Below, in pieces: positions 25,862 through 38,070 of a stretch of DNA of 64,000 nucleotides (its first letter is position 1; every line of letters begins with the position of its first letter). The notes under the pieces were generated by a model, which saw nothing but the letters and a program-made list of their open reading frames with translations, ran no database searches and had not been told where the DNA came from. This DNA is from Steroidobacteraceae bacterium. Its GTDB lineage: Bacteria > Pseudomonadota > Gammaproteobacteria > Steroidobacterales > Steroidobacteraceae. The translations under genes were made by a program, and so were the position numbers. The stretch is from positions 196,300-260,299 of the forward strand of contig JBBAPM010000001.1 of assembly GCA_040400835.1 (NCBI GenBank), read 5' to 3'.

Positions 25862-25894
25862 TCAACGCGCTCGAACCAACCCCTCCTGAGGACC

Positions 25895-26125
25895 ATGGAC
25901 GGAACAGCCGGGAATCCGGACGGCATCCAACGTGCGCGGCCCATGTCGCCGTGCATCAGCGTCTGTGCGCTCGATGCCGCGGGGCATTGCGCCGGGTGCC
26001 TGCGCACGCGCGAGGAGATCGGCGGGTGGATGCGCATGAGCGCGGACGAACAATGGGCGTTGCTCGCGACGCTCGAGGCGCGACGCAAGGCGCGTAGACA
26101 GGACAGGCAGGAGAACGCACGATGA
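25895..26125 (+). CDS. DUF1289-like small Cys-rich protein (putative Fe-S/metal binding)
   Basis: This is the tail of ORF 25235..26125. ATG at 25895 is preceded by GAGGA; the ATG at 25943 is an alternative. SPCISVCALDAAGHCAGCLRTREEIGGW is the four-Cys signature I associate with DUF1289/YdhL. The stop overlaps the grxD start. Confidence 0.65.
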   Translation: MDGTAGNPDGIQRARPMSPCISVCALDAAGHCAGCLRTREEIGGWMRMSADEQWALLATLEARRKARRQDRQENAR

Positions 26126-26439
26126 ACGTCGAGGACCGGATCAAGGCGCAGCTCGCGGCGGCCCCCGTGGTGCTGTTCATGAAGGGCACGCCCGATTTCC
26201 CGCAGTGCGGTTTCTCCGCGCAGGCGGTCGGTGCGCTGCGCGCCTGCGGCGCGAGCTTCCAGCACGTCAACATCTTCGAGGACCCTGAGCTGCGCGAAGC
26301 GCTCAAGCGCTGGTCGAACTGGCCGACCTATCCCCAGCTCTACGTGAAGGGCGAACTGCTCGGCGGCTGCGATATCACGCTCGAGATGTTCCGCAGCGGC
26401 GAGCTCAAGAAGGCGCTGGACGAAGCCGGCGCGACCTGA
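26122..26439 (+). CDS. grxD: monothiol glutaredoxin (Grx4 family)
   Basis: 105-aa ORF. VVLFMKGTPDFPQCGFSAQAV carries the CGFS active site, followed by WPTYPQLYVKGELLGGCDI. Confidence 0.93.
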   Translation: MNVEDRIKAQLAAAPVVLFMKGTPDFPQCGFSAQAVGALRACGASFQHVNIFEDPELREALKRWSNWPTYPQLYVKGELLGGCDITLEMFRSGELKKALDEAGAT

Positions 26440-26478
26440 CCTCCGGCACCTGTCGTCGCCTGCGTGGGCGGCCCGTCC

Positions 26479-27195
26479 TCAGGGCGAGGTCTCGTCGGCG
26501 ACCGGGGAGGTCGGGTCGGTGCCGTTCGTGGCGGGCGGCTCGTCGATCCAGCCCAGCTCGCGCGCCCGCGCCTCGGCCTCGAGATAGCTCGGCAGGCAGA
26601 AATTGCACACCTGGCAGAAGAGGTCCGCGGTCCGCTCGGCGTCGTAGGCCGCCGCGTGCGCGGCGCTCGAATCCCACCCGAATCCGGCCGCGAGCGATGC
26701 CTTCGCGAGCACGGTCTGGCCGAGCGCGGCGCCCGCCAGCGTCACCGTGTCGAAGCTCGAGAAGGGGTGGAAGGGGTTGCGCTTGATGTCGGCGCGCGCC
26801 ACCGCGGCGTTCAGGAACCCGAGGTCGAAAGAGGCGTTGTGACCGACCAGCACGGCGCGCTTGCAGCCGTTGCGGCGCACGGCTTCGCGGACCTCCTTGA
26901 AGATGCGGGTCAGCGCGTCCTTCTCGTCGATCGCCGGTCGCAGCGGATGGAACGGCTTGATGCCGGTCACCGCGAGCGAAGCGGCCTCGATGTTGGAACC
27001 CTCGAAGGGTTTCACGTGGTAGGTGTGGGTCTCGCCGCGGCGCAGCCGGCCGTCCGGGTCGAGCTCGATGAGTACCGCAGCGATCTCGAGCAGCGCGTCC
27101 CGCGCCGCGTTTAGGCCGCCCGTCTCCACATCCACCACGACGGGCAGGAAGCCGCGGAAGCGCCGCGACATCGCCACGGTGGGCGTCTCGTTCAC
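26479..27195 (-). CDS. rnt: ribonuclease T
   Basis: [28 protein letters not shown]...[14 protein letters not shown]...[15 protein letters not shown] shows the DEDDh exonuclease motifs and aligns with E. coli RNase T from memory. Start taken at the GTG at 27195, which overlaps the pyrC stop (GTGA). The ATG at 27171 is the alternative. Confidence 0.88.
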   Translation of the reverse strand: MNETPTVAMSRRFRGFLPVVVDVETGGLNAARDALLEIAAVLIELDPDGRLRRGETHTYHVKPFEGSNIEAASLAVTGIKPFHPLRPAIDEKDALTRIFKEVREAVRRNGCKRAVLVGHNASFDLGFLNAAVARADIKRNPFHPFSSFDTVTLAGAALGQTVLAKASLAAGFGWDSSAAHAAAYDAERTADLFCQVCNFCLPSYLEAEARARELGWIDEPPATNGTDPTSPVADETSP

Positions 27196-28235
27196 CCGAC
27201 CACCTGCTGCCAGCGCAGCGTGCTTCCCGCGCGCATCGGCACGACCACGTCGGTCCCGCCGAGCGGGTAGACCGCGGGCGGCGACCATCCGCGACGGGCG
27301 AGCGTGACCGTGCCTTCGTTGCGGGGCAGGCGGTAGAAATCCGGTCCGGAATGCGAGGCGAAGCCTTCGAGGTGGTGCAGCGCGCCGGCATCCTCGAACA
27401 CCTCGGCATAGAGCTCGAGCGCCGCGTGCGCCGAATACATGCCGGCGCAGCCGCATTCGCTCTCCTTGGTGTGGCGGGCGTGCGGCGCGCTGTCGGTGCC
27501 GAGGAAGAAGCGCGGGTGGCCGCTGGTGGCGGCCTCGACGAGCGCGAGCCGGTCCCGCTGGGTCTTCAGCACGGGCAGGCAGTAGAAGTGCGGGCGGATC
27601 CCGCCGCGGAAGAGGTCGTTCCGGTTGTGCAGCAGATGCTGCGGCGTGATGGTCGCGGCGACACCGTCGCGCGCACCGCGCACGAAGTCGACGGCCGCGC
27701 TCGTGGTGATGTGCTCGAAGACGACGCGCAGGCGCGGATGCCGCTCGAGCAGCGGACCGAGGATGTCGTCGATGAACCGCTGCTCGCGGTCGAAGACGTC
27801 GACATGCTCGTGCGTGACCTCGCCGTGCACCTGCAGCACGACGTCGAGCTCGGCCATGCGGGCGAGCACGGCGTCGGTGCGTCGCACATCGGTGACGCCC
27901 GAATCCGAGTTGGTGGTGGCGCCGGCCGGGTACATCTTGAAACCGGCGACGAAGCCGCTCGCCTTGGCGCGCTCGACCTCCGCCGGCGGGGTGTTGTCGG
28001 TGAGGTAGAGCGTCATCAGCGGCTGGAAATCGGAACCGGCCGGGCGGGCTGCGAGGATGCGGTCGCGGTACTCGCCCGCGAGGCGCGTCGTGGTGACCGG
28101 CGGTTTGAGGTTCGGCATGACGATGGCACGCGCGAACTGCCGCGCGGTGTGCGGCAGCACGGCGGCGAGGGCGGCGCCGTCGCGCAGGTGCAGGTGCCAG
28201 TCGTCGGGGCGGCGCAGGGTGATGAGGTCGGACAT
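27192..28235 (-). CDS. pyrC: dihydroorotase (homodimeric class II type)
   Basis: [46 protein letters not shown] is near-identical in pattern to the E. coli PyrC N-terminus. Start at the ATG at 28235 gives 347 aa; the track starts at TTG 28253. Confidence 0.9.
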   Translation of the reverse strand: MSDLITLRRPDDWHLHLRDGAALAAVLPHTARQFARAIVMPNLKPPVTTTRLAGEYRDRILAARPAGSDFQPLMTLYLTDNTPPAEVERAKASGFVAGFKMYPAGATTNSDSGVTDVRRTDAVLARMAELDVVLQVHGEVTHEHVDVFDREQRFIDDILGPLLERHPRLRVVFEHITTSAAVDFVRGARDGVAATITPQHLLHNRNDLFRGGIRPHFYCLPVLKTQRDRLALVEAATSGHPRFFLGTDSAPHARHTKESECGCAGMYSAHAALELYAEVFEDAGALHHLEGFASHSGPDFYRLPRNEGTVTLARRGWSPPAVYPLGGTDVVVPMRAGSTLRWQQVVG

Positions 28236-28351
28236 GACGTCGGTGGGCGCCAAACCGTGAGGGCCGTCATGCTAACACAGCGCATACCGCTGACCCCGGC
28301 TCCCGGACAAGTTAACATACGGTTTTTCACAGGCAGGCAGCCGGAACCAGC

Positions 28352-31012
<2,661 letters not shown>

Positions 31013-31024
31013 CGGAGCGCACCC

Positions 31025-32365
31025 TTGGCCCTGAAAGAGATACGCGTCCCCGACCTCGGCAGCTTCAAGGATGTCGCGGTCATCGAGTTGTTGGTGGCCG
31101 CCGGCGAACGCCTCGAGCTCGAGTCGTCCATCGCCACGCTCGAGACCGAGAAGGCGACCATGGATGTCCCGTCACCGGTGGCGGGCGTCGTCAAGACGCT
31201 GCACATCAGCCGCGGCATGACGGTCAATTCCGGCGACCTCGTCGCGACCGTGGAAGCGGACGAGTCGGCGGCGGTGACCACGCCGACCGCCGCGGCACCT
31301 GCGCCGGCGGCGCCGGTGAGGGCCCCTGCGCCCACGGCCGCTGCGCCCGCGGCCCATGCACCCACGGCCGCTGCGCCGGTCGTGACGGCGCCTGCGATGC
31401 CGCAGGCGATCCCCGGCGCACGCGCGGATCTCGCGCCCATCCAGGAAGCGGGTTTCTCGCGCGCGCATGCCGGTCCCTCCGTGCGCCGTCTGGCTCGTGA
31501 ACTCGGCGTCGACCTCGCGCGCGTCACGGGAACTGGCGTCAAGGGACGCATCAGCCATGAGGACGTGAAGGCCTGGGTCAAGCAGGCGCTCTCGGGTGCG
31601 CTCGCGCCGGCAGCGCCCGCGCTGCCGAAACTGCCGGTGGTCGACCACGCGGCCTTCGGTCCGGTGGAGACCAAGCCCCTGTCGCGCGTCCAACGCATCT
31701 CGGGGCCGCGCCTGCAGGCGTCGTGGATCAACATCCCGCACGTCACGCAGTTCGACGAGGCGGACGTCACGGCGCTCGAGGCGTTGCGCGGTTCGCTCAA
31801 GGGTGAGGCGGCCGCGCAGGGCGTGAAGCTCACGCCGCTCGCGTTCATCGTCGCCGCCTGCGTGCGGGCGTTGGCCGAGTTCCCGACCTTCAACGCGTCG
31901 CTCGACGAGTCGGGGCAGAACCTCGTCCTCAAGAAGTATTTCCATCTCGGCTTCGCGGCGGATACGCCGCAGGGTCTGCTCGTGCCGGTGATCCGCGACG
32001 CCGACCGAAAGGACATCTTCGGCATCGCGCGCGATCTCGGCGCGCTCTCCGAGCGCGCCCGCACCGGCAAGCTCGGCGGCGCCGACATGCAGGGCGGCTG
32101 CTTCACGGTGTCCAGCCTCGGCGGCATCGGCGGCACAGCGTTCACGCCCATCATCAACCCTCCCGAGGTCGCGATCCTCGGCGTGTCGCGTTCGGCCATG
32201 CGCCCGGTGTGGCGTGATGGTGCGTTCGTGCCGCGTCTCACGCTGCCGTTGTCGCTGTCGTACGACCACCGCGTCATCGACGGCGCCACCGGTGTGCGCT
32301 TCACCTCCTGGCTCGCCGATTGCCTCGCCCAGCCCGAGGGGCTGGTCGGCGCGATGCGGTCCTGA
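31025..32365 (+). CDS. aceF: dihydrolipoamide acetyltransferase (E2) with a single lipoyl domain
   Basis: TTG start with GGAG 7 nt upstream. The order is one lipoyl domain (ATLETEKATMDVPSP), an Ala/Pro linker, the E3-binding domain GPSVRRLARELGVDLARVTGTGVKGRISHEDV, and a catalytic domain ending LSLSYDHRVIDGA. Confidence 0.92.
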   Translation: MALKEIRVPDLGSFKDVAVIELLVAAGERLELESSIATLETEKATMDVPSPVAGVVKTLHISRGMTVNSGDLVATVEADESAAVTTPTAAAPAPAAPVRAPAPTAAAPAAHAPTAAAPVVTAPAMPQAIPGARADLAPIQEAGFSRAHAGPSVRRLARELGVDLARVTGTGVKGRISHEDVKAWVKQALSGALAPAAPALPKLPVVDHAAFGPVETKPLSRVQRISGPRLQASWINIPHVTQFDEADVTALEALRGSLKGEAAAQGVKLTPLAFIVAACVRALAEFPTFNASLDESGQNLVLKKYFHLGFAADTPQGLLVPVIRDADRKDIFGIARDLGALSERARTGKLGGADMQGGCFTVSSLGGIGGTAFTPIINPPEVAILGVSRSAMRPVWRDGAFVPRLTLPLSLSYDHRVIDGATGVRFTSWLADCLAQPEGLVGAMRS

Positions 32366-32376
32366 GGCCTGCCGCC

Positions 32377-34218
32377 ATGCAGCCAGAGGACATCAAGGTC
32401 CCCGACCTCGGCAGTTTCACCGGCGTCTCGGTGATCGACGTGCTGGTCAAGCCGGGCGACAGCGTGGACGCCGAGACCCCGCTGCTCACGCTCGAGACCG
32501 ACAAGGCGACGATGGACGTGCCGTCACCGAAGGCCGGCACCATCGATGCGGTGCTGGTCGCACGCGGCGACAAGGTCTCGACCGGCAGCGTCATCGCACG
32601 CTTGATCCCTGCAGCGTCGGCGGCGGCCTCGGCTTCGACGTCGGCGGCGACGGCAGCGACCGTCGCAGCGCCGCAGACCGCTCCTGTGGCGCCGGTCGTC
32701 GCTGCGCGGCCGTCGGCACCTGCTGTTCCCGCCCCGGAATCGGCGCCGGCGTCTGCTGCGCCTGTCGCGTCGTCGGCGCCGGCGATCGAGCGCGGCCCCG
32801 TGCCCGGCACCGATCGTCATGCGCCGGTGTTGGTGCTCGGCGCGGGTCCGGGCGGATACACGGCCGCGTTCCGCGCCGCCGACCTCGGCCTCGAGGTGGT
32901 GTTGGTCGAACGCTGGCCCAGTTTGGGCGGTGTGTGCCTCAACGTCGGTTGCATCCCCTCGAAGGCGCTGCTCCACGCCGCGCGCGTCATCGACGAGGCG
33001 GAGTCCATGGCGGAGCACGGCATCCGCTTCGGCGCGCCGCAGATCGACATCGACAAGCTGCGCGCCTGGAAGTCGGGCGTCGTCGGCAAGCTCACCGGCG
33101 GACTGAACGCGTTGGCGCGCCAGCGCAAGGTGACGGTGGTCCACGGTGATGGCCGTTTCGTCGCGCCGCGCGTGCTCGAGGTCGAAGGCAAGGATGGCGT
33201 GCAACGGATCGGTTTCGACCACTGCATCATCGCCGCCGGCTCGGAGCCGGTGAAGCTGCCGTTCGTCCCCGACGATCCGCGTGTGATGGACTCCACCGGT
33301 GCGCTGGACCTGAAGGACATGCCGAAGCGGCTGCTGGTGATCGGCGGCGGCATCATCGGGCTCGAGATGGGCTGCGTCTACGACGCGCTCGGCGCCAAGG
33401 TGAGCGTGGTCGAGCTCATGGATCAGCTGATGCCGGGCGCAGATGCCGACCTCGTGCGCCCGCTGGAGAGACGCCTGCGCAAGCGCTTCGAGGCGGTGAT
33501 GCTGCGCACCAAGGTCAAGGCCGTGGAGGCGCTGCCCGAGGGCCTGCGCGTCACCTTCGAAGGCGAGGCTGCGCCCGCGCCGCAGGTCTACGACCGCGTG
33601 CTCGTGGCCGTGGGACGCAAGCCGAACGGCGCGCTGATCGGCGCGGAGGCGACCGGTCTGTCCGTCGATCCGCGCGGCTTCATCGCCGTCGACAAGCAGA
33701 TGCGCACCGCCGTTCCGCACCTGTTCGCCATCGGCGACATCGTCGGCCAGCCCATGCTCGCCCACAAGGCGACGCACGAGGGCAAGGTCGCGGCCGAGGT
33801 CATCGCGGGCGAGAAGCGCGCCTTCGATGCGCGCGTCATCCCCTCGGTCGCGTACACCGACCCCGAGGTGGCCTGGGTGGGGCTCACCGAGACCGAGGCC
33901 AAGGCCAACGGCATCGCCTACGAAAAAGGCATGTTCCCGTGGGCGGCGAGCGGACGCTCGCTGGCGCAGGGGCGCGACGAGGGCTTCACGAAGCTGCTGT
34001 TCGATCCGACCACGCACCGTGTGCTGGGCGGTGGTCTCGTCGGGCCGAACGCGGGCGAGCTCGTCGGCGAGATCGCGCTCGCGATCGAGATGGGCGCCGA
34101 CGCGGCGGACATCGGGCTCACCATCCACCCGCACCCGACGCTCTCGGAATCGATCGCGATGTCGGCGGAGGCCTTCGAGGGCACGCTCACCGACCTCTAC
34201 ATCCCGAAACGCAGGTGA
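32377..34218 (+). CDS. lpdA: dihydrolipoyl dehydrogenase (E3) carrying an N-terminal lipoyl domain
   Basis: ORF 32320..34218 trimmed to the ATG at 32377. The order is an N-terminal lipoyl domain (LTLETDKATMDVPSP), an Ala/Pro/Ser linker, then VLVLGAGPGGYTAAF and the redox disulfide GGVCLNVGCIPSK. The C-terminus has HPHPTLSE. Confidence 0.92.
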   Translation: MQPEDIKVPDLGSFTGVSVIDVLVKPGDSVDAETPLLTLETDKATMDVPSPKAGTIDAVLVARGDKVSTGSVIARLIPAASAAASASTSAATAATVAAPQTAPVAPVVAARPSAPAVPAPESAPASAAPVASSAPAIERGPVPGTDRHAPVLVLGAGPGGYTAAFRAADLGLEVVLVERWPSLGGVCLNVGCIPSKALLHAARVIDEAESMAEHGIRFGAPQIDIDKLRAWKSGVVGKLTGGLNALARQRKVTVVHGDGRFVAPRVLEVEGKDGVQRIGFDHCIIAAGSEPVKLPFVPDDPRVMDSTGALDLKDMPKRLLVIGGGIIGLEMGCVYDALGAKVSVVELMDQLMPGADADLVRPLERRLRKRFEAVMLRTKVKAVEALPEGLRVTFEGEAAPAPQVYDRVLVAVGRKPNGALIGAEATGLSVDPRGFIAVDKQMRTAVPHLFAIGDIVGQPMLAHKATHEGKVAAEVIAGEKRAFDARVIPSVAYTDPEVAWVGLTETEAKANGIAYEKGMFPWAASGRSLAQGRDEGFTKLLFDPTTHRVLGGGLVGPNAGELVGEIALAIEMGADAADIGLTIHPHPTLSESIAMSAEAFEGTLTDLYIPKRR

Positions 34219-34235
34219 GACCCCCAACGGTGGAC

Positions 34236-34250
34236 GGTGCCGTCGGCACC
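34236..34250. terminator. GC-rich hairpin between convergent lpdA and the DUF1841-like gene
   Basis: Perfect palindrome GGTGCC-GTC-GGCACC (6 bp stem, 3 nt loop). There is no U tract. Confidence 0.35.
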
Positions 34251-34264
34251 GCTCCGGCCGTCGC

Positions 34265-34696
34265 TCAGCCGAGGCGTCGCAGGTCCTCGAGGTAGGCGCG
34301 CTCGTCGGGCAGCCGGCCGGCGCGCTGCGCCTCCCACAGCGCCTTCCCGAGCGCTTCCATCATCCGGTGTTCCGCATCCATCCTGCCGTATCGCGCCGCG
34401 AGCCGCGTGTGCAGCGCCGCGATGCCTGCCGGGCGGTCGGTGCCGACCTGTTCACGCAACGCGAGATGCATCGAAAGATGCAGGAAGGGGTTCGTCACGC
34501 CGACCTCGGGCGTGAACTGCGCGTGCAGCGCCTCGTCGCCGCGCTCGAGCCAGCCGTGGTACTCGGGGTGCTCGCGGATCACGTCGACGAGCTGCGCCTC
34601 GAGCGGCGTCACGGGCAGTCCGTCGCGGCCGCGCCGCCAGGCCTCGAGCCAGGTGCGGCGCATGTCCTCGCGCGACTGGCCGAAGAGCGCGCTCAT
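34265..34696 (-). CDS. conserved hypothetical protein (DUF1841-like)
   Basis: This is the tail of ORF 34265..35416, starting at the ATG at 34696, which overlaps the nth stop (ATGA). The product is 143 aa with GVTNPFLHLSMHLALREQVGTDRP. The family name is from memory only. Confidence 0.6.
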   Translation of the reverse strand: MSALFGQSREDMRRTWLEAWRRGRDGLPVTPLEAQLVDVIREHPEYHGWLERGDEALHAQFTPEVGVTNPFLHLSMHLALREQVGTDRPAGIAALHTRLAARYGRMDAEHRMMEALGKALWEAQRAGRLPDERAYLEDLRRLG

Positions 34697-35334
34697 GCAT
34701 CGGCCCGCGTCTTGCGCCGCCACGCGCAGAGGTCGGCGATCGGGCAGGTCGGGCAGGCGGGCTTGATCGCCTTGCAGGTGTAGCGGCCGTGCAGGATGAG
34801 CCAGTGGTGCGCGTCCTGCAGGAACTCCGCCGGCACCGCGCGCAGGAGCTTCTTCTCCACCGCGAGCGGCGTGGTGCCTTTGGCGAGGCCGGTGCGGTTG
34901 GCGACGCGGAAGATGTGGGTGTCGACGGCCATGGTCGGTTCGCCATAAGCCGTGTTGAGCACGACGTTGGCGGTCTTGCGGCCGACGCCGGGCAGCGCCT
35001 CGAGGTCCTCGCGCGCACGCGGGACGACGCCGCCATGGCGCTCGAGCAGCAGACGGCAGGTCGCGATGACTTTCTTCGCCTTGGTCTTGTAGAGCCCGAT
35101 GGTGCGGATGAAGTCGGCGAGGCCCGCCTCGCCGAGCGCGAGGATGGCTTCGGGCGTCCCCGCGACCGGGAACAGTTTGCGGGTGGCGAGGTTGACGCTG
35201 CGGTCGGTGGCCTGCGCGGACAGGATGACGGCGATCAGCAGCTGGAAAGGATCGCGGTACTCGAGCTCCGTGGTCGGGTGCGGGTTTCGCGCTCGCAGGC
35301 GCTCGAACATCTGCTGGCGGGCCTCGGGTTTCAT
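34693..35334 (-). CDS. nth: endonuclease III
   Basis: 213-aa ORF. It has the helix-hairpin-helix LPGVGRKTANVVLN, the catalytic DTH, and the 4Fe-4S cluster loop CKAIKPACPTCPIADLC. Confidence 0.95.
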   Translation of the reverse strand: MKPEARQQMFERLRARNPHPTTELEYRDPFQLLIAVILSAQATDRSVNLATRKLFPVAGTPEAILALGEAGLADFIRTIGLYKTKAKKVIATCRLLLERHGGVVPRAREDLEALPGVGRKTANVVLNTAYGEPTMAVDTHIFRVANRTGLAKGTTPLAVEKKLLRAVPAEFLQDAHHWLILHGRYTCKAIKPACPTCPIADLCAWRRKTRADA

Positions 35335-35921
35335 GCTGCACCGTCGCTGCCGCGGGTGGAGAGCCGGACGGCGCGCGCCTTGCGCTCGGCGAGCAGCGCG
35401 AGACGTTCGGCCTCACGGCGCTCGCGGCGTCCGCGGTGGGCGTCGTAGCGGCGCAGGTTGTCGGTCGCGGCGGGCTCGGGCGAGCGCGGCGCCTGCGCGG
35501 CGCGCGGCGCGAGCGTGATGCAGTCGACCGGGCAGGGTGCGATGCAGAGTTCGCAGCCGGTGCACAGGTCGTCGAGCACCACGTGCAGCTGGCGCTGCGC
35601 GCCGACGATCGCGTCCACCGGGCAGGGCGGCAGGCAGCGCGCGCAGCCGATGCAGCGGTCGGCGTCGATCACGGCGACCATCGGCGGTCCCGTCATGCCG
35701 CACTCCGGATCGATGGGTCGGGCCGGGCGCCCGGTGAGCGCGGCGAGCCGCGCGAGCGTCGCCTCGCCGCCCGGCGGGCAGCGGTTGATGTCGGCGACGC
35801 CGGAGGCGATCGCTTCGGCGTAGGGGCGGCAGCCCTCGTAGCCGCAGCGCGTGCACTGCGTCTGCGGCAGCAGCGCATGCACGGCGTCGGCGTCGGGGAG
35901 CGCAGCCACGCCGCGGCTCAA
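35331..35921 (-). CDS. RnfB/RsxB-like ferredoxin (soluble; no N-terminal membrane anchor)
   Basis: This is the tail of ORF 35331..36707. [35 protein letters not shown]...[25 protein letters not shown]...[16 protein letters not shown] aligns with E. coli RsxB from memory. Start taken at the TTG at 35921 (TTGA overlap with the metG stop); the GTG at 35909 is an alternative. The stop overlaps the nth ATG. Confidence 0.8.
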   Translation of the reverse strand: MSRGVAALPDADAVHALLPQTQCTRCGYEGCRPYAEAIASGVADINRCPPGGEATLARLAALTGRPARPIDPECGMTGPPMVAVIDADRCIGCARCLPPCPVDAIVGAQRQLHVVLDDLCTGCELCIAPCPVDCITLAPRAAQAPRSPEPAATDNLRRYDAHRGRRERREAERLALLAERKARAVRLSTRGSDGAA

Positions 35922-37990
35922 CTGATCGGCAGCCCGCTGGCCGCGCCGTCGTCGGGCGACAGCAGGTAGACGCGGTCGTCGGCGTCCGCGGCGCAGAGGA
36001 CCATGCCTTCCGAGACGCCGAAGCGCATCTTGCGCGGCGCGAGGTTGGCGACCACCACGACATGGCGGCCGACGAGGCTCGCAGCGGTGTAGGTATGGCG
36101 GATGCCCGAGAACACGGTGCGGTGCTCGCTGCCGAGTTCGAGCGTGAGCTTCAGGAGTTTGTCGGAGCCTTCGACATCGCTCGCCTCGACCACCTTCGCC
36201 ACGCGCAGGTCGAGCTTGGCGAAGTCGTCGATGGTGATGGTGCCGGGCGGTGCAGCCGCGGCGGCGGGCTTGGCGGCGGAGGGCTTCGTCGCCGCAGCGC
36301 CCTTCTTCGCGGCAGGGGTGGCGGTCGCCGCTGCGCCGGGCGCCGCCGCCGGTACGGCTGCAGCAGGGGTCTCGATGAGCTCCGCGACCACCTTCGGGTC
36401 GAGCCGGACGGCGAGCGGCTCGTACGGCGCCAGCGGCCGGTCGAGGAGCGGCGCCGCGATCTCGTCCCACGAGGAGAGCGGCGCGCCGAGGAAACCCGCG
36501 GCCTTGCAGGCCGTATCCGGCAGCACGGGCGCGAGGTACACCATCAGCACGCGGAACAGGTTGATGCCCTGCGTCGCCACCGCCAGCGCCTCGGCGGTGC
36601 GGGCCGGATCCTTGGCGAGCGCCCAGGGCTTGTGCGCGTCGACATACTGGTTGGCGCGGTCCGCGAGCGCCATGATCTCGCGCATGGCCTGCGCGTAGTC
36701 GAGACACTCGTAGAGGTCGGCGATGCGCGGCGCTGCGGCGGTGAACTCGGCGTAGAGGCCCGGGTCAGGCAGCTCGCGGGCGAGCGTGCCGCCGCCCTTG
36801 GCGACGAAACCCGCGCAGCGGCTCGCGATGTTGACGAGCTTGCCGACGAGGTCGGAGTTCACGCGCGCCGTGAAATCGCCGAGCGCGAGGTCGATGTCGT
36901 CGACGCCGGGGCCGAGCTTGGCCGCGAAGTAGTAGCGCAATGCCTCAGGAGGCAGACGTCCGAGGTAGCGCCGCGCCGTCACGAAGGTGCCGCGCGACTT
37001 CGACATCTTCTGGCCGTCGACGGTGAGGAAGCCGTGCACGTGGACCGCGGTCGGCTTGCGGAACCCGGAGCCGTCGAGCACCGCCGGCCAGAACAGCGTG
37101 TGGAAGTAGCTGATGTCCTTGCCGATGAAGTGGTGCAGCTCGATGTCGCTGCCCGGCTTCAGGAAGGCGTCGAGGTCGAGCCCGCGGCGGTCGCAGAGCG
37201 CCTTGAGGCTGCCGAGATAGCCGATGGGCGCATCGAACCAGACATAGAAGTACTTGCCGGGGTGGCCCGGGATCTCGAAGCCGAAATAGGGCGCGTCGCG
37301 CGAGATGTCCCAGTCCTGCAAGCCGGTCTCGAACCACTCGGCGAGCTTGGCGCGCACCGAGTCCTGCAGCGACCCGCTCTTCACCCACTCGCGAAGCATG
37401 GGCTCGAAGCGGCCGAGCGCGAAGAAGAGATGCTCCGAGTCGCGCCACACGGGTGTGGTCCCGGAGATCGTCGACTTCGGGTCGATGAGGTCGGCGGGCG
37501 AGTAGGTGGCGCCGCAGACCTCGCAGGAGTCGCCGTACTGGTCGACGGCCTTGCAGCGCGGGCAGGTGCCGCGGACGTAGCGGTCGGGCAGGAACATCCC
37601 CGCCTGCTCGTCGTAGGCCTGGCGCACGCTGCGCTGGGTGATGTGGCCCGCGTCCTTGAGCCGCCCGAACATGAGGTCGGTGAAGTGACGGTTCTCGGCG
37701 CTGTGCGTGCTGTGGAACTGGTCGTGGCCGATGAGGAAGCCTTGGTAGTCGGCGCGGTGCTCGGCGGCGACGCGGGCGATCAGCGCTTCGGGCGTGAGGC
37801 CCTCGGACTGCGCCTTGATCATGATCGGCGTGCCGTGGGTGTCCTCGGCGCAGACGTACAGGCACTCGTTGCCGCGCAGCCGCTGGAAGCGGACCCAGAC
37901 ATCGGTCTGGACCGCCTCGATGATGTGGCCGAAATGCAGCGGCCCGTTGGCGTAGGGCAGCGCGCTGGTGACGAGGATGCGACGGGACAT
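35918..37990 (-). CDS. metG: methionyl-tRNA synthetase (with C-terminal tRNA-binding Trbp111-like domain)
   Basis: 690-aa [25 protein letters not shown] (HIGH-type motif), the zinc knuckle CPRC...CEVC, KMSKSRG, an Ala-rich linker, and a C-terminal EMAP/Trbp-like domain. Confidence 0.96.
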   Translation of the reverse strand: MSRRILVTSALPYANGPLHFGHIIEAVQTDVWVRFQRLRGNECLYVCAEDTHGTPIMIKAQSEGLTPEALIARVAAEHRADYQGFLIGHDQFHSTHSAENRHFTDLMFGRLKDAGHITQRSVRQAYDEQAGMFLPDRYVRGTCPRCKAVDQYGDSCEVCGATYSPADLIDPKSTISGTTPVWRDSEHLFFALGRFEPMLREWVKSGSLQDSVRAKLAEWFETGLQDWDISRDAPYFGFEIPGHPGKYFYVWFDAPIGYLGSLKALCDRRGLDLDAFLKPGSDIELHHFIGKDISYFHTLFWPAVLDGSGFRKPTAVHVHGFLTVDGQKMSKSRGTFVTARRYLGRLPPEALRYYFAAKLGPGVDDIDLALGDFTARVNSDLVGKLVNIASRCAGFVAKGGGTLARELPDPGLYAEFTAAAPRIADLYECLDYAQAMREIMALADRANQYVDAHKPWALAKDPARTAEALAVATQGINLFRVLMVYLAPVLPDTACKAAGFLGAPLSSWDEIAAPLLDRPLAPYEPLAVRLDPKVVAELIETPAAAVPAAAPGAAATATPAAKKGAAATKPSAAKPAAAAAPPGTITIDDFAKLDLRVAKVVEASDVEGSDKLLKLTLELGSEHRTVFSGIRHTYTAASLVGRHVVVVANLAPRKMRFGVSEGMVLCAADADDRVYLLSPDDGAASGLPIS

Positions 37991-37996
37991 GGCGCG

Positions 37997-38002
37997 ATTA
38001 TC
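37997..38002 (-). promoter_or_regulatory. -10-like hexamer GATAAT 6 nt upstream of the metG ATG (possible leaderless transcript)
   Basis: The minus strand reads GATAAT-CGCGCC-ATG. There is no purine-rich SD in between. Confidence 0.35.
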
Positions 38003-38058
38003 GCACGGGGTGTCCCGACCGGGGCGCCGCGGTTGCGCCCAGCGGGCCGGCGAACGGC

Positions 38059-38064
38059 TAGAAT
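38059..38064 (+). promoter_or_regulatory. -10-like hexamer TAGAAT 6 nt upstream of the apbC ATG (possible leaderless transcript)
   Basis: The plus strand reads TAGAAT-GCGGCC-ATG (ATG at 38071). There is no SD. Confidence 0.35.
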
Positions 38065-38070
38065 GCGGCC

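Noticed and set aside
28300-28351. aceE upstream GTTAAC palindrome and TTAACA/TAACAT as a PdhR operator or promoter
   Set aside because: It bears no resemblance to the PdhR-type inverted repeat I recall. No properly spaced -35/-10 pair could be assembled. I have left it unannotated.
31331-31377. 17-nt direct repeat CCCACGGCCGCTGCGCC with 30-nt period in aceF, and similar GC-rich repeats in lpdA (about 32590..32780) and metG (about 36230..36370)
   Set aside because: The repeats are in frame and encode Ala/Pro-rich interdomain linkers (APTAAAP repeats). They result from linker duplication and codon bias, not from a CRISPR array, a minisatellite or a regulatory repeat.
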